A stretch of 64,000 nt of DNA, taken from the NCBI GenBank assembly GCA_963710605.1, contig CAVQBA010000004.1:768001-832000 (forward strand), read 5' to 3'. This document shows positions 32,651 through 43,554 of the stretch, one piece after another. The stretch's first letter is position 1. Each line of letters opens with the position of its first letter. Both the position numbers and the translations under genes were made by a program. This stretch comes from an uncultured cyanobacterium. GTDB lineage: Bacteria; Cyanobacteriota; Cyanobacteriia; Cyanobacteriales; Cyanobacteriaceae. The notes under the pieces are model-generated. The model was given only the letters and a program-made list of their open reading frames with translations, had not been told where the DNA came from and did no database searches.

Positions 32651-33739
32651 TTAAAAACTAATCTCTCCTGCACTTAATAATTCCCATAAATCATTTTCCC
32701 ATGAATCTTCAACTAGTCTAATTTTCGCAGGTTTAATTATTTTTATATTTGTACCTAAAGTAGCTACAGGAATTTTACTTTCGGTGGTGAATAATTTACT
32801 TAAAATTGTTAGCGTTAAAGTTGTTTTGTCAAAAATTTCTAGTGGGTTAGGGAATAAATAATGACAGTCTTCTCCTTTTTTAGCTAAATATTCACCATAT
32901 TTATTAGCTTCTAAATAAACTTTAATTGATTTACCTTGTAAAATACTATTTTCTGTATTGTTAGACAATTGTAGTTTATCTGTATCGCTATTTAATTGAG
33001 AAAATTCTTGCGGATTTTGATAATAAAGATTAATTAATTGGCAATAATCTGGTTCAAGTTTTTTAATTCGATCGTCTAAAATTTTGATTTGTTCATTTAA
33101 TTGACTGTTTCTTTGATTAATCTGCTGTAGTATATTTAATAGTTTTTCGATCGATTCTGGTGTTTGTTTTTCTTCATAAATTACCTTTTCTAATTCAGAC
33201 ATTACTTTAACCAAAGGAGAATCTTCTTCTACAGACAATTTCCCCTGTTTATTTACTTGCCACTGTTTTCCACTCGGTAAAATTTCTAACTCAGTTGGAG
33301 TAATTAAATTTAGCTTAGGTGATATCTTATCTCTATTTCCTTGAATAGTAAATAATAATGTCAAACTTTTAAGACGATGAATTTTAAGTTTAGAAGAAAA
33401 ATTAGGTATTAAATAATATTTTTTATTCAGATTATTTTCAATTAAAATAACTAAATATTTTCCTCTTGTTGTTTGTTCAACAATTAAATTATTTTTATCT
33501 GGCGATCGGTAACTTTCGGCTTGTAAAGACACTCGTTTACCATATTCTATTAATAGTTGAGGTATATCATTATAAATATCAATTAGCTTATCTAAAGACA
33601 AGTTTAAAGGTTTTATTTGATTATCAAGAGGATTTGTATTGATAATAATTGCTTCTTTTGATTCTAATTCACTTATTCTCTTTTCTAGCTTCTGTACATA
33701 AGTGAATATTTTTTCTAATTCAGAATTATTACTCATCAA
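32651..33739 (-). CDS. Hypothetical protein with coiled coils and a duplicated domain
   Basis: Two similar units (LI..Y...P / G.YL / YL.PN / P / W....G..S), each preceded by a coiled coil. Confidence 0.75.
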   Translation of the reverse strand: MMSNNSELEKIFTYVQKLEKRISELESKEAIIINTNPLDNQIKPLNLSLDKLIDIYNDIPQLLIEYGKRVSLQAESYRSPDKNNLIVEQTTRGKYLVILIENNLNKKYYLIPNFSSKLKIHRLKSLTLLFTIQGNRDKISPKLNLITPTELEILPSGKQWQVNKQGKLSVEEDSPLVKVMSELEKVIYEEKQTPESIEKLLNILQQINQRNSQLNEQIKILDDRIKKLEPDYCQLINLYYQNPQEFSQLNSDTDKLQLSNNTENSILQGKSIKVYLEANKYGEYLAKKGEDCHYLFPNPLEIFDKTTLTLTILSKLFTTESKIPVATLGTNIKIIKPAKIRLVEDSWENDLWELLSAGEISF

Positions 33740-34368
33740 CTATTTTTTCAAGTTTAATTTTTATTATGCTCAACAATTTAAAATATGTCTAATATATTTT
33801 GGTAAATAAGGAATTATTAAAGTAGTAATCTAACTGATCAAAATTTAATAGATTAATTATTTTTTAATTTAGGCGACTAATTAAATAGATTATTAATCAT
33901 CATATTATTATATTAATAACTTAGGTGAAAATTATGGTTATTTTTAATTAAAACTGAATAGTTACAATTCTAATAACTCTTTGAGTAACAGTTTTAAATC
34001 TTCCAAAATCAATCAAAACTATTTCAACCTGAATTGAAATGGTTGTCTGTTTTACCAGTAAATTAAATAAAGATTATTATCTAATATAATTATATTATCT
34101 GACTACTACCTTTGTTTAAAACAATAGTCATTGATTACTATTAGGCATTACAAATAGTTGTTTACTACCTTAAATATTACTCAATTAGTTTATACTTTTG
34201 TATCTTTTATCTCAACATTAAGCTTCTGTTTTCAGTTTTTGATTTATTTTGATTGATTAAAAGCATATTTTTCTTAACAACTTGTAATAATATTTGTCTA
34301 GTAGTAAAGTGATCTTGTATTGTAAGGCTGTAAGGATCAATCATTGTTACGCTAAAAACAAAAAGTAA

Positions 34369-34499
34369 TAAGTAGCCCCAATTAATTAAACGTCAGAAAG
34401 ATTAAGTTCGTAGTATGGGCTTAAGCCCATATCTTAAAAGCTTTTGAGACCCCTTTAGGGGTAACTACAAACTTTCTTTTATTTAGGTGGAGCTACTTA
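34369..34499. mobile_element. MITE/REP-like element (about 131 bp)
   Basis: Imperfect terminal inverted repeats TAAGTAGC.CCA / TGG.GCTACTTA enclosing GTAGT..ATGGGCTTAAGCCCAT..ACCCCTTTAGGGGT..ACTAC. Confidence 0.7.
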
Positions 34500-35111
34500 G
34501 TAATATTCTTAATATGATGACCAAGCTAATATCCTTTTTAGTGTTATTAAAAAGATAAAATTATAGCGAATGGCGGTTATTGAGCTTGTTCAATTAAGTA
34601 AAATATCGATTTTTTTGAGTTTTGCTATGTTGATTTAGCTTAAAAGAGAAAACTTAGATAATCAAGATAGATAATAAAATTTTATCTGATTGTCTTATTT
34701 ATTCTTTTTATTCTCGTTATTGTGTAGGTTATTGATTCTGATTAAAGAACTTGTATCTATAGCTATATCATTTGTTGCTGATGATTTTAGGCTGAGGATT
34801 TAGCTCATACCATCCGTGACAAATTACTCTGTAAATTATTAATAATGCTGTATTTATTGCTTAGATATTATTAATAAATCAATTAGTAGTATTTGTTCGT
34901 TTAATCGCTAAAAAATATTTGTATAAAATTAAAATATTAAAGACAAATAATTAAAATTAGTATCAATTACTAAAGTAATTTATTGACTTAATTGTAAATA
35001 TTTAAATAGTCAGACATAATGGAGTATTCATACAGTATATTTGGCTAACAACAGATTCTTTCATCGCTAATTATTCACTAATCAACATCACTTTTTTTGG
35101 GGTAGAAAAAG

Positions 35112-35492
35112 ATGTCTAGAAGAAAGAAAAAGTTCACTTGTGGTCATATAGGTTACGGAAAAGTTTGTCATAAATGTGTGCAAAAACAAACTCTTAAACA
35201 GCAGATAAAGAATGAGAAAAATGCGTGGAAAGATAGTTTTGCTAACGATATAATTGATTTAAGGTCTTTACCTAAAAATGTGGTGGTTAAAGCTAGACAA
35301 ATTATACAAGATATCCAAAAAAATACTTGCTATACTTATTTTAGAGGAAAAAGACTCAGACACGATCGATTTATTATTAGTATTCCCGTTACACGGCATT
35401 ATCGCTTAATTTGTCGAGATCATGGTAGTCTAGTTGTTCCTGAAGCTGTTGTCTCTCACGAAGATTATAATGTTTGTAAACCGGGGGGTTAA
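35112..35492 (+). CDS. Basic protein with N-terminal Zn-binding motif and RelE/ParE-like C-terminus
   Basis: CGH-x6-CHKC; GKRL..ISIPVTRHYRLI..SHEDYN. Confidence 0.7.
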   Translation: MSRRKKKFTCGHIGYGKVCHKCVQKQTLKQQIKNEKNAWKDSFANDIIDLRSLPKNVVVKARQIIQDIQKNTCYTYFRGKRLRHDRFIISIPVTRHYRLICRDHGSLVVPEAVVSHEDYNVCKPGG

Positions 35493-35633
35493 TCGTTATA
35501 GTTACTTGTTTCCAAAATATTGATAGTGACAATTTAATTATTGATAGTTATTTTAGCTTTACTTTTTAGATGGATAATTGAACGCTACTAATTAATTATC
35601 CATCAGTAACTATCAATCATCACAAGAATAAAT

Positions 35634-36410
35634 TTATTTTTCTTCTTTTTTAGTCGGCACTACTTGTGTATTTGGTAGAGTAAATATTTTATCAGCATAA
35701 TCACCTAAACCAACTGAGGTTAATAGTTGTTGCCATTGCTCTGGTTGAGACTCTCGTAAAGTATAAGTTAAAGATAAAGTTTCGCTCCAGATATTTTGAT
35801 TAGCATATAATTGGGCTTGAGCGACAGTATTTTCTTGAGCCAATGTTTCTAACTGTGCTTGAACTTCTGATGGTAAACTCACTCTCTCGATAATTCCTTT
35901 AGTGTAATTACCTGTATTAATAAACATTGGTTGACAAATTAAGGATACTTCCCATTGATATTTTTGGTTTGTTTGTAACTCCATTGTTTGAGGAAGGTTA
36001 ATCGTCATGACGTAATTTCCATCTGTAATCTGAATTTCTTGAAAATTAACGTTTTCTCCATTTTGGTTAGTAATCGCAAATTGCAAAAATTTAGCTTTAG
36101 TTTTGGGTATGTAAACGAATAATTGAGGTTGTCCAGAAACTGTTTTAATGTAATTATTATCACCCGGAGTAAATGCTTTAATTGTTTGATTGCCTGATAT
36201 ACAGCCACCTCTTCTACCTCCTGCGGCGGTACTTTTTGGTGGATTTCTTTCTGGTGCGTCAGGAAATTCGATCGCATTTACCTGAGGAGGAATTATTGTT
36301 AAGCTACACATCAATCCAACTGATAAAGGAATTATTTTTAACCAAGAATGTTGAGGTGGTAATTTTCGACTCATGATCAATTCTCCCGAGATAGATTTGT
36401 GATTAGACAA
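35634..36410 (-). CDS. DUF928-family protein
   Basis: TAAGGRRG.C, P.LFVYIP, Y.W...LIC, YANQNIW, WQQLLTSVGL. Confidence 0.88.
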   Translation of the reverse strand: MSNHKSISGELIMSRKLPPQHSWLKIIPLSVGLMCSLTIIPPQVNAIEFPDAPERNPPKSTAAGGRRGGCISGNQTIKAFTPGDNNYIKTVSGQPQLFVYIPKTKAKFLQFAITNQNGENVNFQEIQITDGNYVMTINLPQTMELQTNQKYQWEVSLICQPMFINTGNYTKGIIERVSLPSEVQAQLETLAQENTVAQAQLYANQNIWSETLSLTYTLRESQPEQWQQLLTSVGLGDYADKIFTLPNTQVVPTKKEEK

Positions 36411-36539
36411 ATTATTTACATTATATAAATAGAGCTAAGTGAATAAATTATTAAAAATATTAAAATTTGTTGCCAATGAATAATACTATTAAGACTAAAT
36501 TAATCTATTTATTGTTCCTTAAAAATGATTAATTACTTA

Positions 36540-37220
36540 TTACATAAAAGGTAAAATTATTCCGGGTGGTTGAGCATATAATCCAATTTCAAATAAATCT
36601 CTTGCACCTGTTACTCCTTGCCCTGCAAATAATAATAAGGCTAGACAGTTAAGAATAATATGAACATTACGCCATTTTAAAGATTTATCACGGTAAATAT
36701 TATCAATAATAGCGATCGAAAAAATCATCAATAAACAGACTAAAACTCCATAATAATAGTGAGAGACATACCATTCATTTGTACGACGAAAAATACCATC
36801 TTGACATCCTAATATAACAACGCCCATACCACTTAAAGTTGCAAAAACGCCTCGCCAAAGCTTCTCTCTTGCTGATAATAAAAAATAAAAAGATACAGCG
36901 GTAAGAACAAACAGAAAAACTAAAAAGATAAACTGAAAAGTATTAGTACTCCACAATTCTAGTTTGAGAATATTTTTCACAATAATTGGTCTGGCTAAAC
37001 CGACTAAGGTGACAATAAAAACTGCACCAGATAGTAATTTACCAATTTGAACGTGGGTTTTACCCACCGCAGGAGGTATTTTACTTTTATTTCCGGCTTT
37101 GATACTCAGTCTTCTTTGTCTTGTTTCCCATGCAAAATAAGAAACGATACCGATCAAGGGAAAAACACCGATAACAACTAATATAGGGTGTATTAGTAAT
37201 GTAAATTGCTCTAGAGTCAT
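36540..37220 (-). CDS. DUF4079-family membrane protein
   Basis: LIHP, HVQIG, SHYYYG, WRNVHIILN, QGVTGARDL. Confidence 0.85.
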   Translation of the reverse strand: MTLEQFTLLIHPILVVIGVFPLIGIVSYFAWETRQRRLSIKAGNKSKIPPAVGKTHVQIGKLLSGAVFIVTLVGLARPIIVKNILKLELWSTNTFQFIFLVFLFVLTAVSFYFLLSAREKLWRGVFATLSGMGVVILGCQDGIFRRTNEWYVSHYYYGVLVCLLMIFSIAIIDNIYRDKSLKWRNVHIILNCLALLLFAGQGVTGARDLFEIGLYAQPPGIILPFM

Positions 37221-37479
37221 AATAATTACTACATTGAGATTTTTAACTTATCATAGTAATTAATTTAACTAACAAAACTTGAAAAAAACTTAATTTTTAA
37301 TCAATATTTTCTCAGAAAAGAAATATTTTGTTTTTCAAACTTGTACTTTTTCAGACGTACAACGATCGATTTGTTATTAGCTTATATAGTATCTTTGTTT
37401 AGTTAAATCAATATTTATCTACGTCTGTATTTAATTATTTATTATGTTTTAGTTTCAATTTAAAGAGCCAAAATTAGAA

Positions 37480-37830
37480 TTACAAAAAACTGATCGTCAA
37501 AGGATATTTCCATAGTTTACCTTCATTTGCTTTAATACCGCCGATAACAGGAAAAACAAGACTCATACCAATCAAAATAGGGATTAATAATAGTCCAATT
37601 ACGACGATCGAAAGAACACCACAAATAACACTATAGATAACAGAAGTGATTATCCAATTAGTAACCATTCTGCCATGAGCATCGATTTCGGGAAATTCAT
37701 CTTTTTTAATTTGCCAAAGAATAATCGGAGCGGCAAAACCCAAATAAGGTACAACTAAACCGCTCAGTAAAGAAAAATGAATCAACATTGCCCATTTTTG
37801 TATTTCTTTTTGTCTGTCATTACTATTCAT
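37480..37830 (-). CDS. DUF4870-family membrane protein
   Basis: WAMLIHFS, PIILW, IDAHG, IKANEGKLWKYP. Confidence 0.88.
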   Translation of the reverse strand: MNSNDRQKEIQKWAMLIHFSLLSGLVVPYLGFAAPIILWQIKKDEFPEIDAHGRMVTNWIITSVIYSVICGVLSIVVIGLLLIPILIGMSLVFPVIGGIKANEGKLWKYPLTISFL

Positions 37831-38106
37831 GATTAATATTTTTTATTTCTAAATAAATCTAGATAAATATTAACCTGTGTTGATTAAAAATCAAAAGATA
37901 TTTGTACTATTACTTAAATTAATTAAAACACGATCGAGCTATAGGGAAGTTATATTACAACGTCCCTACTATATTAAATTTATGAACTGATAATTTCGCT
38001 ATAGCTATAGTCAAAAAAAAACTAAACTTAGCAAATATAATTTATCTATTTAAGATTAGAAACCAACATTTTATCAATCGTAAAAATAATTCTTCATTCT
38101 CAATTA

Positions 38107-38922
38107 TTATCCAAATCTCCCACTAACATAATCACGAGTTGCTTGTTGAGTCGGATTACTAAATATATTTTCAGTTTGATCAAATTCAACCAAATAACCA
38201 ACTTTGCTACCTTCACCGACTGCTTCGGCATTAAAAAAAGCAGTTAAATCAGCAACTCTAGTCGCTTGCTGCATATTATGAGTTACAATTACGATCGTGT
38301 ATTTTTGCTTTAATTCGTGCATTAATTCTTCGATTTTAAGAGTAGAAATAGGATCTAAAGCAGAACAAGGTTCATCCATTAATACTACCTCAGGTTCGGC
38401 GGCGATCGTACGAGCAATACATAATCTTTGTTGTTGTCCACCAGAAAGAGAAAAACCACTTTCTTGTAACTTATCTTTTACTTCATCCCATAAAACAGCA
38501 CGACGCAAGGAAGTCTCAACTAACTCATCAAGATCACCTTTATATTTATTGACTCTAGCACCATAGGCAACATTATCATAAATAGTTTTAGGGAAAGGAT
38601 TAGGGCGTTGAAATACCATACCGATTTGTTTTCTTACCTCAATCGGATCGATATCTTTAGCATATAAATCTTGTCCATGATAAGTAACTTTTCCTTTTAA
38701 ACTAAATGAACTAATCAAATCATTAAGACGATTAAAACATCTTAGAATTGTACTTTTACCACATCCTGATGGACCAATAAAAGCAGTTACTTTATTTTTC
38801 GGTATCTCTAGATTTACACCTGCTACGGCTTTATACTTGCCATAAAATATATCTACGTTACGAACATCTAAAACTGTTTGTTGAATAGACTTTTCAAAAC
38901 TAACTGGGTTGGTTTGTATCAT
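38107..38922 (-). CDS. pstB: Phosphate ABC transporter ATPase
   Basis: [30 protein letters not shown]. Confidence 0.97.
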   Translation of the reverse strand: MIQTNPVSFEKSIQQTVLDVRNVDIFYGKYKAVAGVNLEIPKNKVTAFIGPSGCGKSTILRCFNRLNDLISSFSLKGKVTYHGQDLYAKDIDPIEVRKQIGMVFQRPNPFPKTIYDNVAYGARVNKYKGDLDELVETSLRRAVLWDEVKDKLQESGFSLSGGQQQRLCIARTIAAEPEVVLMDEPCSALDPISTLKIEELMHELKQKYTIVIVTHNMQQATRVADLTAFFNAEAVGEGSKVGYLVEFDQTENIFSNPTQQATRDYVSGRFG

Positions 38923-38958
38923 TGATTCAAATCCTTACTGAAAAAATAAGCGATAAAT

Positions 38959-39843
38959 TTAATAAACTTGTTTGCGAGTAGCTAATCTGGCAAGTACACT
39001 AGTAATTAATACTAAGAATACCAATATTAAAGAACCTGCCCAAGCTAATTGTTGTTGAGGTTCAAAAGGCAGAATGGCAAAATTATAAACCAAAACTGAT
39101 AAAGTAGCGATCGGCTCTAATAAACCTTCTGCAGATACATTTGGCCAAAAATTAGAATACAAAGCCGTAAAAATCAAAGGTGCTGTTTCACCTGCCGCCC
39201 TTGCTATTGCTAAAGTAACACCAGTGATGATACCCGGTAACGCCGCAGGGAGAACAATTTTAAGGACAGTTTGATAGTTATATGCCCCCACACCCAAAGC
39301 CGCCCAACGAATTTCTTGAGGGACAATTTTAAGTGCTTCATCTGCTGTGCGGATAATTGTTGGTAACATCAACACGGCTAAAGCTACACCCCCTGCTACG
39401 GAGGAAAAGCCAGTTATTTGTGTAGAAACTAACAAACCATAAGCAAAAATTCCCGCAATAATCGAAGGTACACCACTTAATACATTAGTCGCAAAACGAA
39501 TAAAAGTAGCGAATTTATTACCACCACTAAATTCAGAAAGATAAACAGCCGTCATAATCCCGATCGGCACAGCAATTAGAGTCGCAACTCCCACTACAAC
39601 TAATGTTCCTTGAATTGCATTTCCTAAACCTCCTTCTGATAATCCCGGTGGTGGTGGTAACTCAGTCAATAAATTAAAATTCAGACGACTAAAACCTTGA
39701 ACGATAACAAAATAAAGAACCGCACCTAAAGGTATTAAGGTGATAATTAAACATAAAGCACTAATACCCGTCATTACTGAACCAACAATGGCACGAGTAC
39801 TAGTCGGTTTCTTTTTTAAACTGGCTATTGGAGAAACAGTCAT
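38959..39843 (-). CDS. pstA: Phosphate ABC transporter permease
   Basis: GVPSII, ARAAGETAPL; operon position. Confidence 0.96.
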   Translation of the reverse strand: MTVSPIASLKKKPTSTRAIVGSVMTGISALCLIITLIPLGAVLYFVIVQGFSRLNFNLLTELPPPPGLSEGGLGNAIQGTLVVVGVATLIAVPIGIMTAVYLSEFSGGNKFATFIRFATNVLSGVPSIIAGIFAYGLLVSTQITGFSSVAGGVALAVLMLPTIIRTADEALKIVPQEIRWAALGVGAYNYQTVLKIVLPAALPGIITGVTLAIARAAGETAPLIFTALYSNFWPNVSAEGLLEPIATLSVLVYNFAILPFEPQQQLAWAGSLILVFLVLITSVLARLATRKQVY

Positions 39844-39847
39844 AATA

Positions 39848-39931
39848 ATTGAGTAATGAGTAAGAAGTAATGAGTAATGAGTAAGAAATCTTAATTGTCA
39901 ATTGTCAATTATCAATTATCAATTATCAATT
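39848..39931. repeat. Two adjacent heptamer tandem arrays (TAATGAG)n and (ATTRTCA)n
   Basis: Fills the pstC-pstA intergenic space. Confidence 0.85.
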
Positions 39932-39939
39932 AATACTTG

Positions 39940-40899
39940 TTATTCGTATTTAGCTTTAACTTGGTTGACAATAAATTCGGCTAAGATATTGACAATTAAA
40001 GTTAAAATCATCAATACTAAACCTGCATACATTAAAGCTGAGATTTGTAATCCATCGGCTTCAGCAAACTGGTTAGCAATTAATGAAGCGATCGTATTAG
40101 CAGGATCTAAAATCGAAAGACTCAAACGATTAGAGTTACCGATAATCATTGTTGCCGCCATGGTTTCACCCATCGCTCTACCTAAAGCTAACATCGTTCC
40201 CCCCACAATCCCCGAAACTGCCGCCGGAATTAAAACTCGAAAAATAGTTTCCCATCGACTTGCCCCTAAACCCAAGGATGCTTGACGCAAATCTGAAGGC
40301 AAAGAAGCCAAAGAATCACGAGAAATAGCAATAATAATGGGTAAAATCATAATCGCTAAAACTATCCCCGCAGGTAACATACCAGGCCCTGCCGGTTCGC
40401 TACCAAACAAAGGAAACCAACTAAAATTATCGTGCAACCAAGTACCAAAAACTTTGGTTAAAGGAATTAAAACAAAAATCCCCCATAATCCGTAAACTAC
40501 GCTTGGTATAGCGGCGAGGAGTTCAACTAAAAATACCAGTACAGTACGTACTCCTTCTGGTAAAAAGTCTTCACTTAAAAATACTGCCGCTCCTAATCCT
40601 AAAGGTATAGCAATTATTAAAGCAATCAAAGAACTAACTAAAGTACCATAAATAACCGCTAAAACACCATATTCTTTTGTAACAGGATTCCAATTACTGT
40701 TAGTGAAAAAACGCCAGTTATATTCAACAATAGCTGGCCATCCTCCTTTAGCAACAATGAAAGCGATACTAATTAAAATCAGTGCAATACTAATGGCGAA
40801 AATTAAAGTTAACCAACGAAATCCTTGATCTAATTTTTTTTCTAATGGCGATCGTGTACTAGCAAAACCATTATCATTGCTATAATCTGAACTTGTCAT
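39940..40899 (-). CDS. pstC: Phosphate ABC transporter permease
   Basis: ELLAAIPSVVYGLWG, GRAMGETMA. Confidence 0.96.
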   Translation of the reverse strand: MTSSDYSNDNGFASTRSPLEKKLDQGFRWLTLIFAISIALILISIAFIVAKGGWPAIVEYNWRFFTNSNWNPVTKEYGVLAVIYGTLVSSLIALIIAIPLGLGAAVFLSEDFLPEGVRTVLVFLVELLAAIPSVVYGLWGIFVLIPLTKVFGTWLHDNFSWFPLFGSEPAGPGMLPAGIVLAIMILPIIIAISRDSLASLPSDLRQASLGLGASRWETIFRVLIPAAVSGIVGGTMLALGRAMGETMAATMIIGNSNRLSLSILDPANTIASLIANQFAEADGLQISALMYAGLVLMILTLIVNILAEFIVNQVKAKYE

Positions 40900-41118
40900 T
40901 ATAAGATATTAAATAATTTGACTCAATAAAAATAAAAGTTATTTATTTGTCGATTGAAACTGATTAGTTTAGATTTTCAGCCCTAAAATAAGTTCTTTGT
41001 TTTTGAATAAAAATACAGATCATTCAAATGAATAATGGGTAAGACTTTCTGGAAATAGAATAATTTTCCCTCAGCTAAAAATTAATTTTGACTGACGTTG
41101 AAATACTCAAAGCGAGGA

Positions 41119-41149
41119 GTTAAGGGAATTAAAATTATATTCCCCTAAC
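41119..41149 (-). terminator. Hairpin downstream of pstS
   Basis: GTTAAGGGAAT...ATTCCCCTAAC imperfect stem in the pstS-pstC spacer. Confidence 0.45.
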
Positions 41150-41193
41150 CAACCTAATCTTCTATTTCTACTGTAATTAACAAAAGTTAAATT

Positions 41194-42331
41194 CTAGTTA
41201 ACGTTAATTGTATAATCAGGTGTAATGGCATCAGCTTTTGCCGCTACTTTTTCAATCACATTTTGAGGTAAGGGAATATATCCTAGTTGAGGTGCACTTT
41301 TTTGTCCTTCGGTTAAGCCATATTGAATCATCGCTTCTACTGCGATCGCTGTGTTAGGATCATCATATTGCTCGTAAGCTAAAAGCCATGTATAAGTAAC
41401 GATCGGATAAGAATCAGGCACCTTCTGGATCTAAAATGAAGGCACGTAAGTTATCAGGTAACTCAACATTAGCCAATGTTTTAGAAGCACTTTCATCACT
41501 AGGTACAATAAACTCACCTGAGCTATTTTCTAAAGCCGCCATTGTTAAACCATTGTTTTTAGCATAACCATACTCGACATAACCCATCGAACCTTCATTT
41601 TGCTTTAAGGTTGCGGTAATACCTTCATTACCTTTACCACCGAGGAAGCTACCTTTATTAGTTGGCCATTGTACTGTCTTACCATCACCAATAGTATCTT
41701 TCCATTCAGGACTAATCGCACTAAAATGCTTAGTTAAAACTCCTGTTGTACCACTACCATCAGAGCGATGTACAAAAGTGATCGGTTTGTCTGGTAATTC
41801 TAAATCGGGATTATCAGCAACAATTGCGGGGTCATTCCATTGCGTTATATTACCTAAAGCAATATTGGTGTAAGTTTCCCTACTTAGTTGTAAACCTTCC
41901 ACACCCGGTAAGTTATAAGCAAAAACAATACTTCCTGCTGTCATCGGTAAAAGTAAAACACCTCTGCTAACTTGAGCTATTTCTTCATCTTTCATGGCTA
42001 CATCACTTGCACCAAAATCAACTGTTTCGGAGATAAATTGTTTAACCCCAGCACCACTACCAACAGATTGATAATTAACCTGCAAATCGGGTGCAACACC
42101 AGCTAGTTGTGAAAACCAGTTTTGGTATAAAGGAGAAGGAAAAGATGCACCTGCACCGTTAATTTGAACTGTTTCTTCAAAAGGTAATGATAATTCTGCT
42201 GTTTCTCCTTGAACGGTTTCTCCTGGATCGACTGTAGCCGCATCGTCACCTGTTCCTCCACAAGCGGTAATTCCTAGTGCTAAAGCACCTACGGATAAAT
42301 AAGAGAGTAATTTATGATTATTTTTTAGCAT
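41194..42331 (-). pseudogene. pstS: Phosphate-binding lipoprotein PstS, split by a +1 frameshift (or sequence error)
   Basis: Lipobox ITAC, GAGASFP, RSDGSGTT; removing one base at 41417-41418 restores DPEGADSYPIVTYTW and a 378-aa protein. Confidence 0.9.
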
Positions 42332-42398
42332 GATATTTTAATTTTAAAAAACTTAACAGTATCTTGCCTTTAATAATAATATGAACTGTGCTTTTCTT

Positions 42399-42417
42399 TG
42401 GTAAAGGGAAGGTTAAG
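42399..42417 (-). promoter_or_regulatory. Pho box (SphR/PhoB site)
   Basis: CTTAACCT-tcc-CTTTACCA with 11-bp period, matching the cyanobacterial YTTAAYYW repeat, upstream of pstS. Confidence 0.75.
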
Positions 42418-42802
42418 AAGCTAATTATTCTTGATTATCAATGAATTTTATTATTCCTAATATCTAATTAACAATATCAGAAAATCAAATAGAAATTTTA
42501 AAATTCAATAACGATATCTATTTATTTCAATACTAAATGATTAGCTATATTTAAAAAGAAAATCAAATTTTTAATTCTCAATAACTATCAACTACTAATT
42601 ATTGCTATCTTTTCCTTTATGTTTGAGCTAAAAAGTTAGATAAAAAAAGATCATGTCACAGTTAATTAGTGACTAATTAGTAAGATAAACTTATATTCAT
42701 TCATTACTTAGTCTGTTTTTAAACTAATAAAAATTAAATTAACTATATTTCTTTAATTAAGACAAACTATTGACTTTCAAAAGACATTTTCGCCTATTTA
42801 GG

Positions 42803-43318
42803 CTAAAAAAATAACAAGCCAAACAAGGTAAAAAAAGAAAGTAATAAAGTCAACCAAATAAAATTATTATCTTGATTATTAACAGTACTCATATCTACTA
42901 ATTCGATTTGACGTTTAGGTTTTGGTTGCTTATTTTTCTTAGTTATTGGTTGATATTTTTGAGGATTATCATCCGATAATTGCATTTCAGGAATTTGCGT
43001 CATCCATTCTGATGGGCGTTGTAATTTTGGTGCTTGAATAATGTAGAGTAATCTTTGAGCTTGTTGTTTAGTTTTACTACGAGGATGAGTCATTAATTCG
43101 TGGCATAATTCGATCGCTTTTTGGCTATCACCAAGTGCTTGATAAGCATTAATTAACCACATTTTGACTTCTTCTCCTAAACGACTATAAGGAGAAACTA
43201 ACTTTTCAGCTTGATGTAGGTTTTGAATGCTGACACGATACCGCCCTTGCTCAAAAGCTAATTTACCAATTTGATATTTTAGTTCAAATTCTTTTTCAGG
43301 TAGAGAATTTCCAGTCAC
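42803..43318 (-). CDS. TPR-like protein with C-terminal membrane anchor
   Basis: GKLAFEQGRY, AYQALG, LLYIIQAPKLQRP; start moved to GTG 43318 because the track's extension runs into the 6S RNA. Confidence 0.75.
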   Translation of the reverse strand: MTGNSLPEKEFELKYQIGKLAFEQGRYRVSIQNLHQAEKLVSPYSRLGEEVKMWLINAYQALGDSQKAIELCHELMTHPRSKTKQQAQRLLYIIQAPKLQRPSEWMTQIPEMQLSDDNPQKYQPITKKNKQPKPKRQIELVDMSTVNNQDNNFIWLTLLLSFFTLFGLLFF

Positions 43319-43350
43319 GATTGATAGTTGATAGTTATTAATTAATAATG

Positions 43351-43527
43351 GTAGAAGCGGTGAAAGAGGTCTAACTCCACCCCCAACCAATAATACGGCT
43401 CGCTCAGGTGCTTAAGATACCGAACTTCCACTCTTGATAGTTTGCTTAGATATTACAGAGGCGAAAAAAGGCTGAGTAATACACCGAATGTTCACTCCTG
43501 AGCGTTGAGACTTAAGCTTTAAGAGGT
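43351..43527 (-). ncRNA. ssrS: 6S RNA (cyanobacterial SsaA/SsrS)
   Basis: About 180-nt long hairpin: CGCTCAGG pairs with CCTGAGCG, TTCGGT on both arms, GCCTCTGTAA, 3' GGAGTTAGAC..CTTTCAC; ends approximate. Confidence 0.85.
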
Positions 43528-43554
43528 AAAAATTATTTTTGATTCACAATTTTT

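Noticed and set aside
43319-43390. N-terminal extension of ORF 42803..43390
   Set aside because: It translates heptamer repeats and the 6S RNA 3' end
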